Part shown: positions 14,602-23,324 of the stretch, piece after piece
How positions within the stretch are numbered: position 1 is the first letter of the stretch
How the letters are laid out: the number at the start of each line of letters is the position of its first letter
NCBI RefSeq assembly: GCF_029537395.1
Contig: NZ_CP120677.1
Coordinates: 2,108,566-2,132,565 of the forward strand
Length of the DNA: 24,000 bases
Direction of reading: 5' to 3'
Origin: Tissierella sp. Yu-01
Lineage (GTDB): Bacteria > Bacillota > Clostridia > Tissierellales > Tissierellaceae
The notes under the pieces: generated by a model
The model's database searches: none
What the model was told of the DNA's origin: nothing
What the model saw: the letters and a program-made list of their open reading frames with translations, nothing else
Made by a program: the position numbers and the translations under genes

Positions 14602-15913
14602 ATTCACCATTCAATGATACAGCCATATATAATTTAAACTCTTCATTTAAGACCTCATGATCAATAAATCCGTTATATTTATTTGCTACATCTTCTAAAA
14701 TAAATAGACCATATCCATGGCTATCTTTATCTTTCTTAGATGTAATCCCCCTACGAATTTGTACATCCTTGTTGATACTATTACTTATTTCAAAATTAAG
14801 ATAATCCTTCTTAGGGTTAATAACTATTTCTATCCTTCTCTTAGATTTGTCCTCTATCTTTAAACATGCCTCTATGGCATTATCTATGCTATTAAAGAGC
14901 AGGGAGCTAAAATCCGGTGGATTTATTGGAATATCAGGAGGAATCACTGCTTTTACTTTAAAGGCTATATCATTGTTTACAGCTTCAATTCTCTTTTGAT
15001 TTAAAACCATATCTGCTATTTCATTTCCTGTTCTTATGGTTATAGGAAAGTTATCCATATTCTCTATGATTACGTTGATATACTCATTTATTCTATTATT
15101 TGAACTAGTGGATGCCAGATTCTTAATATTTGCTAGATGATTGTTGATGTCATGTCTTATTTTCCTTATTTCTAAATTTGTCTCCTGATTCATTTTTAAA
15201 TATCTTCCTGTAGCCTTGTAGTGCATATCTAATATTGCTCTTTCTTTTTGTTTGATATAATGTTTGTTTAACTCTGTTAAAAACAGATATACCACCCCAT
15301 TTATAAATAGGAAGGTACCACTGATAAAAATCAAAAGAATATCTAAGCCTTCTACCTCACCAGCTACTCTATTTAGATCAAACAAAAATATCATGCTAAT
15401 AGCTGATATCATATAAATTAGCCATACAAAAAGATTGTATTTTCTGGGTAGAATATTTTTATGAGGCTTTACATACTCCGCTATTATTTTTATCAACTTA
15501 TATTTAATCAACTTAACAATAAGTCCTGTTATTAGTCTAGCTGTTCCGTGCAATAAAACCATTTCAGCAGCAGGTATTTTAAATATAAATCTTAGTAGAT
15601 TCATTGTCAGGATTTCAGCTGCTATTTGGATAAGATTAAATATCAGATTATAGAATATCTTATCATTCAAATTACCTTTAAAAAGTAAAGAATATACAAA
15701 ATATATACTAACTCCAATTACCATCCTATAGGATTGTCTAATTTCTAGGATTGTCAGTACAAAAACTACTATAGAAATTAAAAATGACAAAACAACATAT
15801 ACTTTTAACTTTATTTTTTCATTTAGTCCTAATATATGTTTAAAAAACATAGTAAATAATATGGCTTCTACAAAACACCAAAAATACTCAAATCCTAAAT
15901 AAAAATGTTCCAT
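14591..15913 (-). CDS. agrC: AgrC-like (HPK10 family) membrane sensor histidine kinase
   Basis: The N-terminal half of about 200 aa has 6-7 hydrophobic segments. H-box IRKIRHDINNHLANI, N-box LLFNSIDNAIEA and G-box SHGYGLFILEDV are present. There is no HAMP or PAS domain. Confidence 0.85.
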   Translation of the reverse strand: MEHFYLGFEYFWCFVEAILFTMFFKHILGLNEKIKLKVYVVLSFLISIVVFVLTILEIRQSYRMVIGVSIYFVYSLLFKGNLNDKIFYNLIFNLIQIAAEILTMNLLRFIFKIPAAEMVLLHGTARLITGLIVKLIKYKLIKIIAEYVKPHKNILPRKYNLFVWLIYMISAISMIFLFDLNRVAGEVEGLDILLIFISGTFLFINGVVYLFLTELNKHYIKQKERAILDMHYKATGRYLKMNQETNLEIRKIRHDINNHLANIKNLASTSSNNRINEYINVIIENMDNFPITIRTGNEIADMVLNQKRIEAVNNDIAFKVKAVIPPDIPINPPDFSSLLFNSIDNAIEACLKIEDKSKRRIEIVINPKKDYLNFEISNSINKDVQIRRGITSKKDKDSHGYGLFILEDVANKYNGFIDHEVLNEEFKLYMAVSLNGELPV

Positions 15914-15923
15914 CCTGTCCCTC

Positions 15924-16628
15924 CTATGAAGTAAAAAAGGCCTTTTTTACTTCAGATATCTTATATCTTGAAACCTGTAATACTTCCCCATTGTCTAGCT
16001 CAATGGTTTCCTTGTCTATCCTCTTTACAAAGTTAATGTTAACCATCATCCCCCTATAGATACTAACAAATCCTTTACTGGAGACTACTTTTTCTATTTC
16101 TTTGAAAACTGTTATAGTAGTTATATATGTATCTGTTAACGTTCTGATATTGACCCTTCTATTAACCATGTTAAAGTAAAGAATTTCTGAAATTGCCAAT
16201 TTTATAGTTCCTTCTTTTGTTTTAAACTCATATCTTGTACTATTTTCTTGTAACCTTTTTAAAATGTCTTCTAAAACTGCATATATTTCTTCATCAAAAT
16301 ATGATTTCCTGATAAATCTAAAAGTATTAAGTTCAAAGACCTTATATACTTCCTCATCTAAAGAAGTTAAAAATATAAGTATAAAATTATTATCTATTTC
16401 CCTAATTACCCTTGCTGCTTTGATGCCATTCAATCTTGGCATATCTATATCGAAAAATATCACATCATACCCAATACCATTACGTTTTGCTTCTCTAACT
16501 ATTTCTTCCCCATTGTTATATTCATCAATATCAACTTTATTTTGATTATCCCTAAAAAAGGAATTAACTTTTAATCTTAATCTCTCCATAAAAATATTAT
16601 CATCCTCACAAATTGCAACTTTTACCAT
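15924..16628 (-). CDS. agrA: AgrA-like response regulator (REC plus LytTR DNA-binding domain)
   Basis: REC motifs are present (VAICEDD, FFDIDMPRLNG). The C-terminal region of about 100 aa has the LytTR pattern (..ISEILYFNMVNRRVNIRT...FVSIYRGMMVNINFVKRID...LQVSRYK). RBS AAGGAGGGG lies upstream. An extended -10 TGaTATAAT is the complement of 16675-16683. Confidence 0.88.
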   Translation of the reverse strand: MVKVAICEDDNIFMERLRLKVNSFFRDNQNKVDIDEYNNGEEIVREAKRNGIGYDVIFFDIDMPRLNGIKAARVIREIDNNFILIFLTSLDEEVYKVFELNTFRFIRKSYFDEEIYAVLEDILKRLQENSTRYEFKTKEGTIKLAISEILYFNMVNRRVNIRTLTDTYITTITVFKEIEKVVSSKGFVSIYRGMMVNINFVKRIDKETIELDNGEVLQVSRYKISEVKKAFFTS

Positions 16629-16732
16629 ATATACCCCTCCTTATGGTAGAAATCATGTTGTTGTTCTAAATTACATTATATCATTTTTTTATCATCTTAA
16701 TTTTACCTGAAATTTTCCACAGAAATAGAAAA

Positions 16733-16753
16733 AAGCTGAGAAAATCTCAGCTT
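16733..16753 (-). terminator. ftsH terminator
   Basis: AAGCTGAGA-aaa-TCTCAGCTT, followed on the minus strand by TTTTTT. It overlaps the ftsH stop codon by 2 nt. Confidence 0.75.
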
Positions 16754-18686
16754 ATTCTTTACCTATATCTATTTTATTTTCTTCTTCAACAACATCTACT
16801 TTATCTTGATCGTCTATGCTATCTTGTATATCTTTATTTCCTTCACTGTCTTTCTTATCTTCTTTATTTAAAAGCTCCATAAATTCAGTTCCTGTTATAG
16901 TTTCTTTTTCAAGAAGATAATTTGATAACTCTATTAGCTTATCTTTATTTTCGGTTAATATTTCTATTGCCTTATCGTAACATTCTTTTACTATTTTTTG
17001 AACTTCTTTGTCTATTAAGGCAGAAGTCTCTGGGGAACAAGCTAGTGATGCATCTCCACCTAGATATTGATTTGTTACGGTTTCTAAGGCAATCATACCA
17101 AATTTATCACTCATACCAAGTCTAGTAACCATTGCTCTTGCAAGTCTTGTTATTTTTTCTATATCATTACTTGCTCCAGAAGTGACGGAACCAAACATAA
17201 CTTCTTCGGCTGCTCTACCACCTATTAAGGTAGTTATCTTATTTAATATTTCTTCCTTGGACATCAATACATTTTCCTGTTCCTCTACTTGCATTGTATA
17301 TCCAAGAGCACCTGATGTTCTTGGTATAATCGTAATCTTAGTAACAGGAGCTGAATCGGTCTGCTTAGCAGCAACAAGTGCGTGACCTATTTCATGATAA
17401 GCAATTATTTTCTTTTCCTTTTCCTGTATAACAGCACCTTTTCTTTGATATCCTGCAATAATAACTTCAACTGATTCAACTAAGTCTGTTTGGTTTACAA
17501 GATTTCTTCCCATTCTAACTGCTCTTAGGGCTGCTTCATTTATTATATTTGCAAGCTCAGCACCTGATGCACCTGCAGTCATCCTTGCAACTTCATTAAA
17601 GTCTATACTCTCTTCCATTTTAATCTTTTTAGCATGAACATCTAGGATAGCTTCTCTACCCTTTAAGTCTGGAAGGTTTACTGGTATCCTTCTATCAAAT
17701 CTACCTGGTCTTAATAAGGCTTTATCAAGTGATTCTGGTCTGTTAGTGGCAGCTAATATTACCACTCCCTTTTTACCATCAAAACCATCCATTTCAGATA
17801 GCAATTGGTTTAAAGTTTGTTCTCTTTCATCATTTCCGCCAAATCCAGCTCCATCTCTCTTCTTACCTATGGTATCAATCTCATCTATAAATACTATACA
17901 AGGTGCCTTATCCTGCGCTTGTTTAAATAAATCCCTAACTTTTGCAGCACCAAGACCAACAAACATCTCAACAAAATCTGATCCTGATATAGAAAAGAAA
18001 GGTACCTTAGCTTCACCAGCAACAGCCTTTGCCAACAAAGTCTTACCTGTTCCTGGTGGTCCAACTAATAATGCCCCCTTCGGCATTGTAGCACCGATAT
18101 CAGCATACTTCTTTGGATTGTGTAGGAAGTCAACTATTTCTACTAAAGCTTCCTTTGCTTCATCCTGACCAGCTACATCCTTAAAGGTCTTTTCATCCTG
18201 ATCCGCTGGAACATATACTTTTGCATTACTCTTACCAAAGGACATTGCATTTCCACCCATACCTTTGGTCATTCTTCTCATTAGCATAGGTCCTAATACA
18301 AAGAACAATACCATTGGAAGTCCTAATGAAAGGAAATAATATAGAAGCGGTGACATTTCTTCAGGTACTATCTTTGTTTGTTTAATGTCTTTCTCAAGCA
18401 AAATATCTACTAAAGCAGGATGATCCATCCTACCTGTTGAGTAATACTCTAATTCCCCACTTTCATCTTTAATTGAGAATTTTATTTCAGTCTCTGTAAT
18501 CTCTACTTCTTCTATATCATTATTTTCAACATGATTTATGAAAGTTGTATAATCTACTTCAGTTATCTTCTTTTGATCAAGTAAACTTGGAAATAAAAAT
18601 CTATTTAACATCATCAATACTACCAGCGATATTAGATAATAAAAAACTATGGGCTTCTTAGGTGTTTGTGATTTCTTCTGATTCAT
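16752..18686 (-). CDS. ftsH: ATP-dependent zinc metalloprotease FtsH
   Basis: Two N-terminal TM segments, AAA+ Walker A GPPGTGKT, Walker B IVFIDEID, the SRH region and the zinc site HEIGHA are all present. Confidence 0.95.
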   Translation of the reverse strand: MNQKKSQTPKKPIVFYYLISLVVLMMLNRFLFPSLLDQKKITEVDYTTFINHVENNDIEEVEITETEIKFSIKDESGELEYYSTGRMDHPALVDILLEKDIKQTKIVPEEMSPLLYYFLSLGLPMVLFFVLGPMLMRRMTKGMGGNAMSFGKSNAKVYVPADQDEKTFKDVAGQDEAKEALVEIVDFLHNPKKYADIGATMPKGALLVGPPGTGKTLLAKAVAGEAKVPFFSISGSDFVEMFVGLGAAKVRDLFKQAQDKAPCIVFIDEIDTIGKKRDGAGFGGNDEREQTLNQLLSEMDGFDGKKGVVILAATNRPESLDKALLRPGRFDRRIPVNLPDLKGREAILDVHAKKIKMEESIDFNEVARMTAGASGAELANIINEAALRAVRMGRNLVNQTDLVESVEVIIAGYQRKGAVIQEKEKKIIAYHEIGHALVAAKQTDSAPVTKITIIPRTSGALGYTMQVEEQENVLMSKEEILNKITTLIGGRAAEEVMFGSVTSGASNDIEKITRLARAMVTRLGMSDKFGMIALETVTNQYLGGDASLACSPETSALIDKEVQKIVKECYDKAIEILTENKDKLIELSNYLLEKETITGTEFMELLNKEDKKDSEGNKDIQDSIDDQDKVDVVEEENKIDIGKE

Positions 18687-18738
18687 TTAACATTCCTCCA
18701 TATCTTGGAACCCATTCTACATTTTAATTGTGAATGAA

Positions 18739-20043
18739 TTATGAAATAACTTTTTTGTTCAAAATTACACTTATCCTTGTTCCCTCACCTATCTTACTAT
18801 ATAATTCTATCTTACCATTGTGTAAATCTACTATCCTCTTAACAATTGAAAGCCCTAGTCCTGTCCCCTCTGTGCTTCTAGACTTATCAGCCTTGTAGAA
18901 TTTTTCAAAAATTCTCTCCTGATCCTCTTTGTTTATTCCTACCCCTTGATCCTGTATTATAAATTTACATTTATCTTTGTTTTCTTTTAATTCAAGGCTT
19001 ATTAAACCATTACTTGGTGAAAACTTTATGGCATTGTCCAAAAGATTAATCCATATCTGATTTATTAAACCCTTATTACCTTGAATCTTTACCTCTGCTA
19101 GTTGTAGATCTAGCTCTATATTTTTTAAACTCCATTTATTTTCTAATAGTAGCACTGATTTTCTTATCTGCTCATCAAGTCTAAATTCTTCACTGTTAAT
19201 GATATTTTCATTATCCAATTTATTTATAGTTAATATATTTGAAGCCATAGTGGATAACCTTTTTGTTTCCTGAAGAATAATATCTGTATATTCGTCTTTT
19301 ACTTCATCATCACTTGCTGCTAATAGTTTGGTATATCCTTCAATTGATGTTATAGGGGTTTTGAACTCATGTGAAATATCCGAAATAAAATCATTTCTCA
19401 ATATTTCAATAGAGCTCAAATCCCTTGTCATCTTATTAAAACTATCGATTAAATCACCAAGCTCATCTTCTCTTTTATTTTCTAATATTATGTTAAAGTC
19501 ACCTGTTGCAACCTTTTTAGTTGCATCAGTTATTTCTTTTATTGGTTTTACTATCATCTTACCTACGATTAAAAACATAATTGTACCCAATACTGTTGCA
19601 ATAGATGAATTAAGTGTAATTATTTCTCTAACTCTATTAAACATTGAGTGCCCACCAATATCCGATATTATATACATATCGTCAATCTTAGCAATGGCAA
19701 TGGGATACTTGTATAGATTATCTTCATTCAGAATTATACATTTACCAGAATTTATACTTTCCTCTTGTTCAGCTGTTAAATTGTAATTTTCTAAATAACT
19801 TGTGAACTTTATAGGAATTGTTTTATCTTCATATAAACTATTTAAATCACCTTGAGACATTCCATAATTCAAATATAGTTCTTTTGCTTCCTCTACTGAA
19901 GCAATTAAAACTTTTTTCATATCTGAAATAGTCGTCGTCTCAAAATTCATAGCAACAAATAAAGCAGTAAGGATATTACTTGCCAACAATACCAAAATGA
20001 ATATCAGTATTAGTTCTTTATATATTGTTTTTTTCATAATCAA
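18739..20043 (-). CDS. Sensor histidine kinase (2 TM, HAMP, HisKA, HATPase_c)
   Basis: H-box SHEFKTPITSI, N-box LLDNAIKFS and G-boxes DQGVGI / GTGLGLSIV are present. The start overlaps the response-regulator stop (ATGA). Confidence 0.9.
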   Translation of the reverse strand: MIMKKTIYKELILIFILVLLASNILTALFVAMNFETTTISDMKKVLIASVEEAKELYLNYGMSQGDLNSLYEDKTIPIKFTSYLENYNLTAEQEESINSGKCIILNEDNLYKYPIAIAKIDDMYIISDIGGHSMFNRVREIITLNSSIATVLGTIMFLIVGKMIVKPIKEITDATKKVATGDFNIILENKREDELGDLIDSFNKMTRDLSSIEILRNDFISDISHEFKTPITSIEGYTKLLAASDDEVKDEYTDIILQETKRLSTMASNILTINKLDNENIINSEEFRLDEQIRKSVLLLENKWSLKNIELDLQLAEVKIQGNKGLINQIWINLLDNAIKFSPSNGLISLELKENKDKCKFIIQDQGVGINKEDQERIFEKFYKADKSRSTEGTGLGLSIVKRIVDLHNGKIELYSKIGEGTRISVILNKKVIS

Positions 20044-20708
20044 TAAACTCCCTTATATCCTAAACCCCTTACTGTAACTATTTCAAATTGATCAAAGTCC
20101 TTGAATTTCTCTCTTAATCTCTTTATATGAACATCAACAGTTCTTTCATCTACTTCTGCATCATAACCCCATATATCATCAAGTAAATCTTGTCTTGTAA
20201 AGATTTTCTTAGGAAATGATAATAACTTATATAAAAGATAGAACTCTTTTTTAGGCAAGGATATTTCCTGTGTAGGAGTAATAACTTCTAGACTGTCATA
20301 GTCCAATACTATATCATTTACATATAGCTTTTTATCCTCATATATTCTTGCTCTTCTAAGAAGTGCCTTAACCCTTAAAACCAGTTCCTCCATATCTATT
20401 GGTTTAGTTATATAATCATCAATACCCAAATCAAATCCTTGCTTCTTATCAGGATAAGTATCCTTTGCAGTTACCATTAAAATTGGAATAATATATCCTG
20501 AATCCCTTAATTCTTTAGTAAGCTCATAGCCATCCATTATGGGCATCATAATATCTAAAACTATCAAATCTATTTTATGCCTATCTATTACATCTAAGGC
20601 CTCTTCCCCATCACCTGCATGAAAAGTATTGAAGCCTTCTCTTTTTAAATATATATCTACAAGTTTTCTGATATTTTCATTATCGTCTACTATTAATATC
20701 GTATTCAT
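20040..20708 (-). CDS. OmpR/PhoB-family response regulator
   Basis: REC domain (ILIVDDN, LDIMMPIMDG, TAKD) plus a winged-helix C-terminus (..VDVHIKRLREK....IVTVRGLGYK). Confidence 0.92.
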   Translation of the reverse strand: MNTILIVDDNENIRKLVDIYLKREGFNTFHAGDGEEALDVIDRHKIDLIVLDIMMPIMDGYELTKELRDSGYIIPILMVTAKDTYPDKKQGFDLGIDDYITKPIDMEELVLRVKALLRRARIYEDKKLYVNDIVLDYDSLEVITPTQEISLPKKEFYLLYKLLSFPKKIFTRQDLLDDIWGYDAEVDERTVDVHIKRLREKFKDFDQFEIVTVRGLGYKGVY

Positions 20709-20813
20709 AATATATTATCCTCCATATATTTACCCTTGTACTATAAGAATAAAGTATAAATGTGAAATTAATGTGAACAATGAAAAAACAATTCATACCC
20801 TTTCAATGAAATT

Positions 20814-21587
20814 TCACTTAATCAAAGACTTTAATAAAAAATCAAGTTCATCGTAAAATTTTAGTACATTTTCGCCATTCATATCATTACTATCCTTAGT
20901 TAAATTCTCTACATATAATTGTAAAATTTCTGATGTAGAGGAGTCTCTATTATCTTCAATTGTCTTTTTGTAAAGATCAAGTACTTCTTGTTTTATTCCC
21001 GAACTTCCATCTTCTGCATAAATATATTGATTACCTGTACCTACTATACTTCCTGTAATATAAGCTATATAATAATTCTTTATCCTATCGTATGTCTTCC
21101 CATTGGAATAGCTTAATAAGTGCCCTTCAGCCTTTAATGCCCTTCCTAGTAATTCTGACAAATCAACATTTAATCCTTCTCCGTCTGTAAACATATTTTG
21201 CTCTTCAATCTTTAATATATCTAAATAGGATTTTAACTCATTTGATGAATAATCATAATAATTAATCAGGATATCAATCTTTTCTTTAATTGAAATATTT
21301 ATCAAATTTAAATATTCTTCTAAGCTCATTAAAATTTCGTCAACATTCTCTTCATTTAACTTAACTACGTTTTCATCAATATACTCAATTATCTTTTCCT
21401 GATTATTGTCAGCAGTTAATAGATTATAATATCCTTTTAATACTTCTCTTTGTTCTTCCTCGGTTAACTCGACTACAGCTGGTTCTTCAATAGGAATTTC
21501 ACCAACTTGATTGATTGATTCTTCATCAGATTTTGTACAGCCTACTAGTAAAAAAATTATTAATAGTAACAAAGTATATATCTTCAT
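20814..21587 (-). CDS. Lipoprotein of unknown function
   Basis: Signal peptide with lipobox LLVGC (MKIYTLLLLIIFLLVGC). The mature protein is acidic and helical-looking. RBS AGGGGGA lies upstream. Confidence 0.75.
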   Translation of the reverse strand: MKIYTLLLLIIFLLVGCTKSDEESINQVGEIPIEEPAVVELTEEEQREVLKGYYNLLTADNNQEKIIEYIDENVVKLNEENVDEILMSLEEYLNLINISIKEKIDILINYYDYSSNELKSYLDILKIEEQNMFTDGEGLNVDLSELLGRALKAEGHLLSYSNGKTYDRIKNYYIAYITGSIVGTGNQYIYAEDGSSGIKQEVLDLYKKTIEDNRDSSTSEILQLYVENLTKDSNDMNGENVLKFYDELDFLLKSLIK

Positions 21588-21744
21588 AAAATTAATCCCC
21601 CTTTTTCCCCTACCTTTAATTTCATTATAATAGTTTTCTGCCTATTTATAAAGGAAACTATTCCAATATGGAATTTTTGTATGGAACTTGGATGAGTTTT
21701 TAGAATATTTTTAATTTATTTTCAATGATAACATTTTCCACCCA

Positions 21745-21773
21745 TTGACAGTTTTTAAAAGAGGTAATATAAT
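21745..21773 (+). promoter_or_regulatory. Consensus sigma-A promoter of the T-box leader
   Basis: TTGACA (21745-21750), a 17-nt spacer, then TATAAT (21768-21773). Both hexamers are perfect. Confidence 0.75.
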
Positions 21774-21779
21774 ACTCAC

Positions 21780-22070
21780 TATATTCAAAATTATCTAAAA
21801 GTTTTGAAGGAGATAAAAATACTTGATTACATCGGAAGAGAGCTGGTGGTTGGTGCAAACCAGTGTTGTATGGTATATAATAATCACTCCTGAACTGCAC
21901 AGCTGAAATTTTAGTAGGCAATGCCGGAATTATTTCGCCACCGTTATTAGGCTAGAATTATTTGTTGATTCGAAGAGTCAATTTACGTGAGTAAATTGAA
22001 AATTAGAGTGGTACCACGGATAATCCCCGTCTCTTAGGCTTAATGCTTTTGAGTCGGGTTTTTTTATAAT
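21780..22070 (+). promoter_or_regulatory. T-box riboswitch leader (tRNA-sensing transcription attenuator)
   Basis: Ordered conserved elements are present: AG-box AGAGAG (21837-42), distal-loop TTGGTGCAAA (21850-59), GAA-containing specifier region (21892-21900), AGTA box (21913-16), F-box CCGTTA (21941-46), and T-box AATTAGAGTGGTACCACGG (22001-19). The terminator is CCCGTCTC...GAGTCGGG plus T7 (22026-22066). Confidence 0.85.
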
Positions 22071-22110
22071 TATGCACTTTATTGGTGCAATCTATTAAAG
22101 GAGGAATAAT

Positions 22111-23304
22111 ATGGATAGTTTATTGGCTATTACACTAGTACTTGTTGTATTTGCATTAGGGGACTTTATATCTTTTAAGACTAAGTCCATAGTTTCAATG
22201 ATGTTTGTTGCATCGGTAGTATTTTTAGTAGGATTCTGGCTAGGTATGCCAGCAACTATATTCCAAGATGCTCAATTAACAGGATTCGGTGCACTCATGA
22301 TTGGTTTCTTAATTACACATATGGGAACTCTTTTAAGTTTCGAAGACCTAAAAAAACAATGGAAAACAGTACTTATTGCTTTAGCAGCAGTAGTTGGTAT
22401 AGGAATATTTTTACTATTAGTAGGCTCACCTATATTAGGTAGAGAATATGCAATATCAGCTGCACCACCAATTGCTGGAGGAGTTGTAGCAGCAATTATC
22501 ATGGGAGATGCTGCGGCAGCAAAAGGTTTAGAATCTATTGGGGTATATGTTACTCTTTTAGTAGTAGTTCAAGGTTTCTTTGGATATCCAGTAGCATCAT
22601 ATATGTTAAATAAGGAAGCTAAAAAACTACTTAAGAATTTTGATCCGAGTAAGGCAAAGGTAGCGGCAGTAGGAGCAGGTGCTGGAGTTGGAGTTGCCGA
22701 GCAACCTGTTAAAGCAAAGAAAAAGCTTATACCTACATTGTCAAAGGACTTACAAACACCATATATCCTTCTAGCAAAATTAGGATTAGTAGCTATTTTA
22801 GGCTTTAAATTAGCAGCCCTAACTAATGGAATAGTTCATCAATATGTAATGTGTTTATTTGTTGGAGTTATAGCAAGAGAAATAGGATTCTTAGAAGAAA
22901 ATATTATGACTAAAGCTAATGCTCAAGGCCTAGCAATGGTTGGACTTATGGCAGTAATATTTGGAAACTTAGCAACAGCAACACCAGAGATGATTGCTTC
23001 ACTAGCATTCCCACTTATAGGATCTTTGGTATTAGGTGTTATTGGCATAGGAATATTCGCTGGATTAGCAGGTAAATTATTAAAAATGTCTATTCCAATG
23101 GCAATTGCAATAGGTACTTCTGCTTTATTTGGTTTCCCTGGAACTTTCATTATTTCAAATGAAGTTGCTAATGCAAATGGTAAAACAGAGGAAGAAAGAC
23201 AAATTATACTTGATGAAATATTACCTAAGATGTTAGTAGCTGGTTTTATTACAGTAACAATAGCATCGGTAGTATTAGCAGGTGTTATGGCACCATTAAT
23301 TTAG
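22111..23304 (+). CDS. Polytopic membrane protein, probable amino-acid/metabolite transporter (family not recognised)
   Basis: 397 aa with at least 10 hydrophobic segments. It is Gly/Ala-rich with a central amphipathic linker (KKLLKNFDPSKAKVAAVGAGAGVGVAEQPVKAKKK). RBS AAGGAGGA lies upstream, and it sits directly downstream of the T-box. Confidence 0.75.
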   Translation: MDSLLAITLVLVVFALGDFISFKTKSIVSMMFVASVVFLVGFWLGMPATIFQDAQLTGFGALMIGFLITHMGTLLSFEDLKKQWKTVLIALAAVVGIGIFLLLVGSPILGREYAISAAPPIAGGVVAAIIMGDAAAAKGLESIGVYVTLLVVVQGFFGYPVASYMLNKEAKKLLKNFDPSKAKVAAVGAGAGVGVAEQPVKAKKKLIPTLSKDLQTPYILLAKLGLVAILGFKLAALTNGIVHQYVMCLFVGVIAREIGFLEENIMTKANAQGLAMVGLMAVIFGNLATATPEMIASLAFPLIGSLVLGVIGIGIFAGLAGKLLKMSIPMAIAIGTSALFGFPGTFIISNEVANANGKTEEERQIILDEILPKMLVAGFITVTIASVVLAGVMAPLI

Positions 23305-23324
23305 TGATTTAAGGAGGGTTTATA

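Noticed and set aside
16264-19786. Plus-strand ORFs inside agrA, ftsH and the histidine kinase (16264..16545, 16922..17125, 17182..17385, 17746..18168, 19328..19786)
   Set aside because: All are antisense to genes with unambiguous conserved motifs. They are Ser/Leu/Ile-rich mirror-frame artefacts.
21700-21921. 73-aa minus-strand ORF from the track
   Set aside because: It lies antisense across the sigma-A promoter and Stem I of the T-box leader, has no RBS, and has an odd composition. The T-box explains the region.
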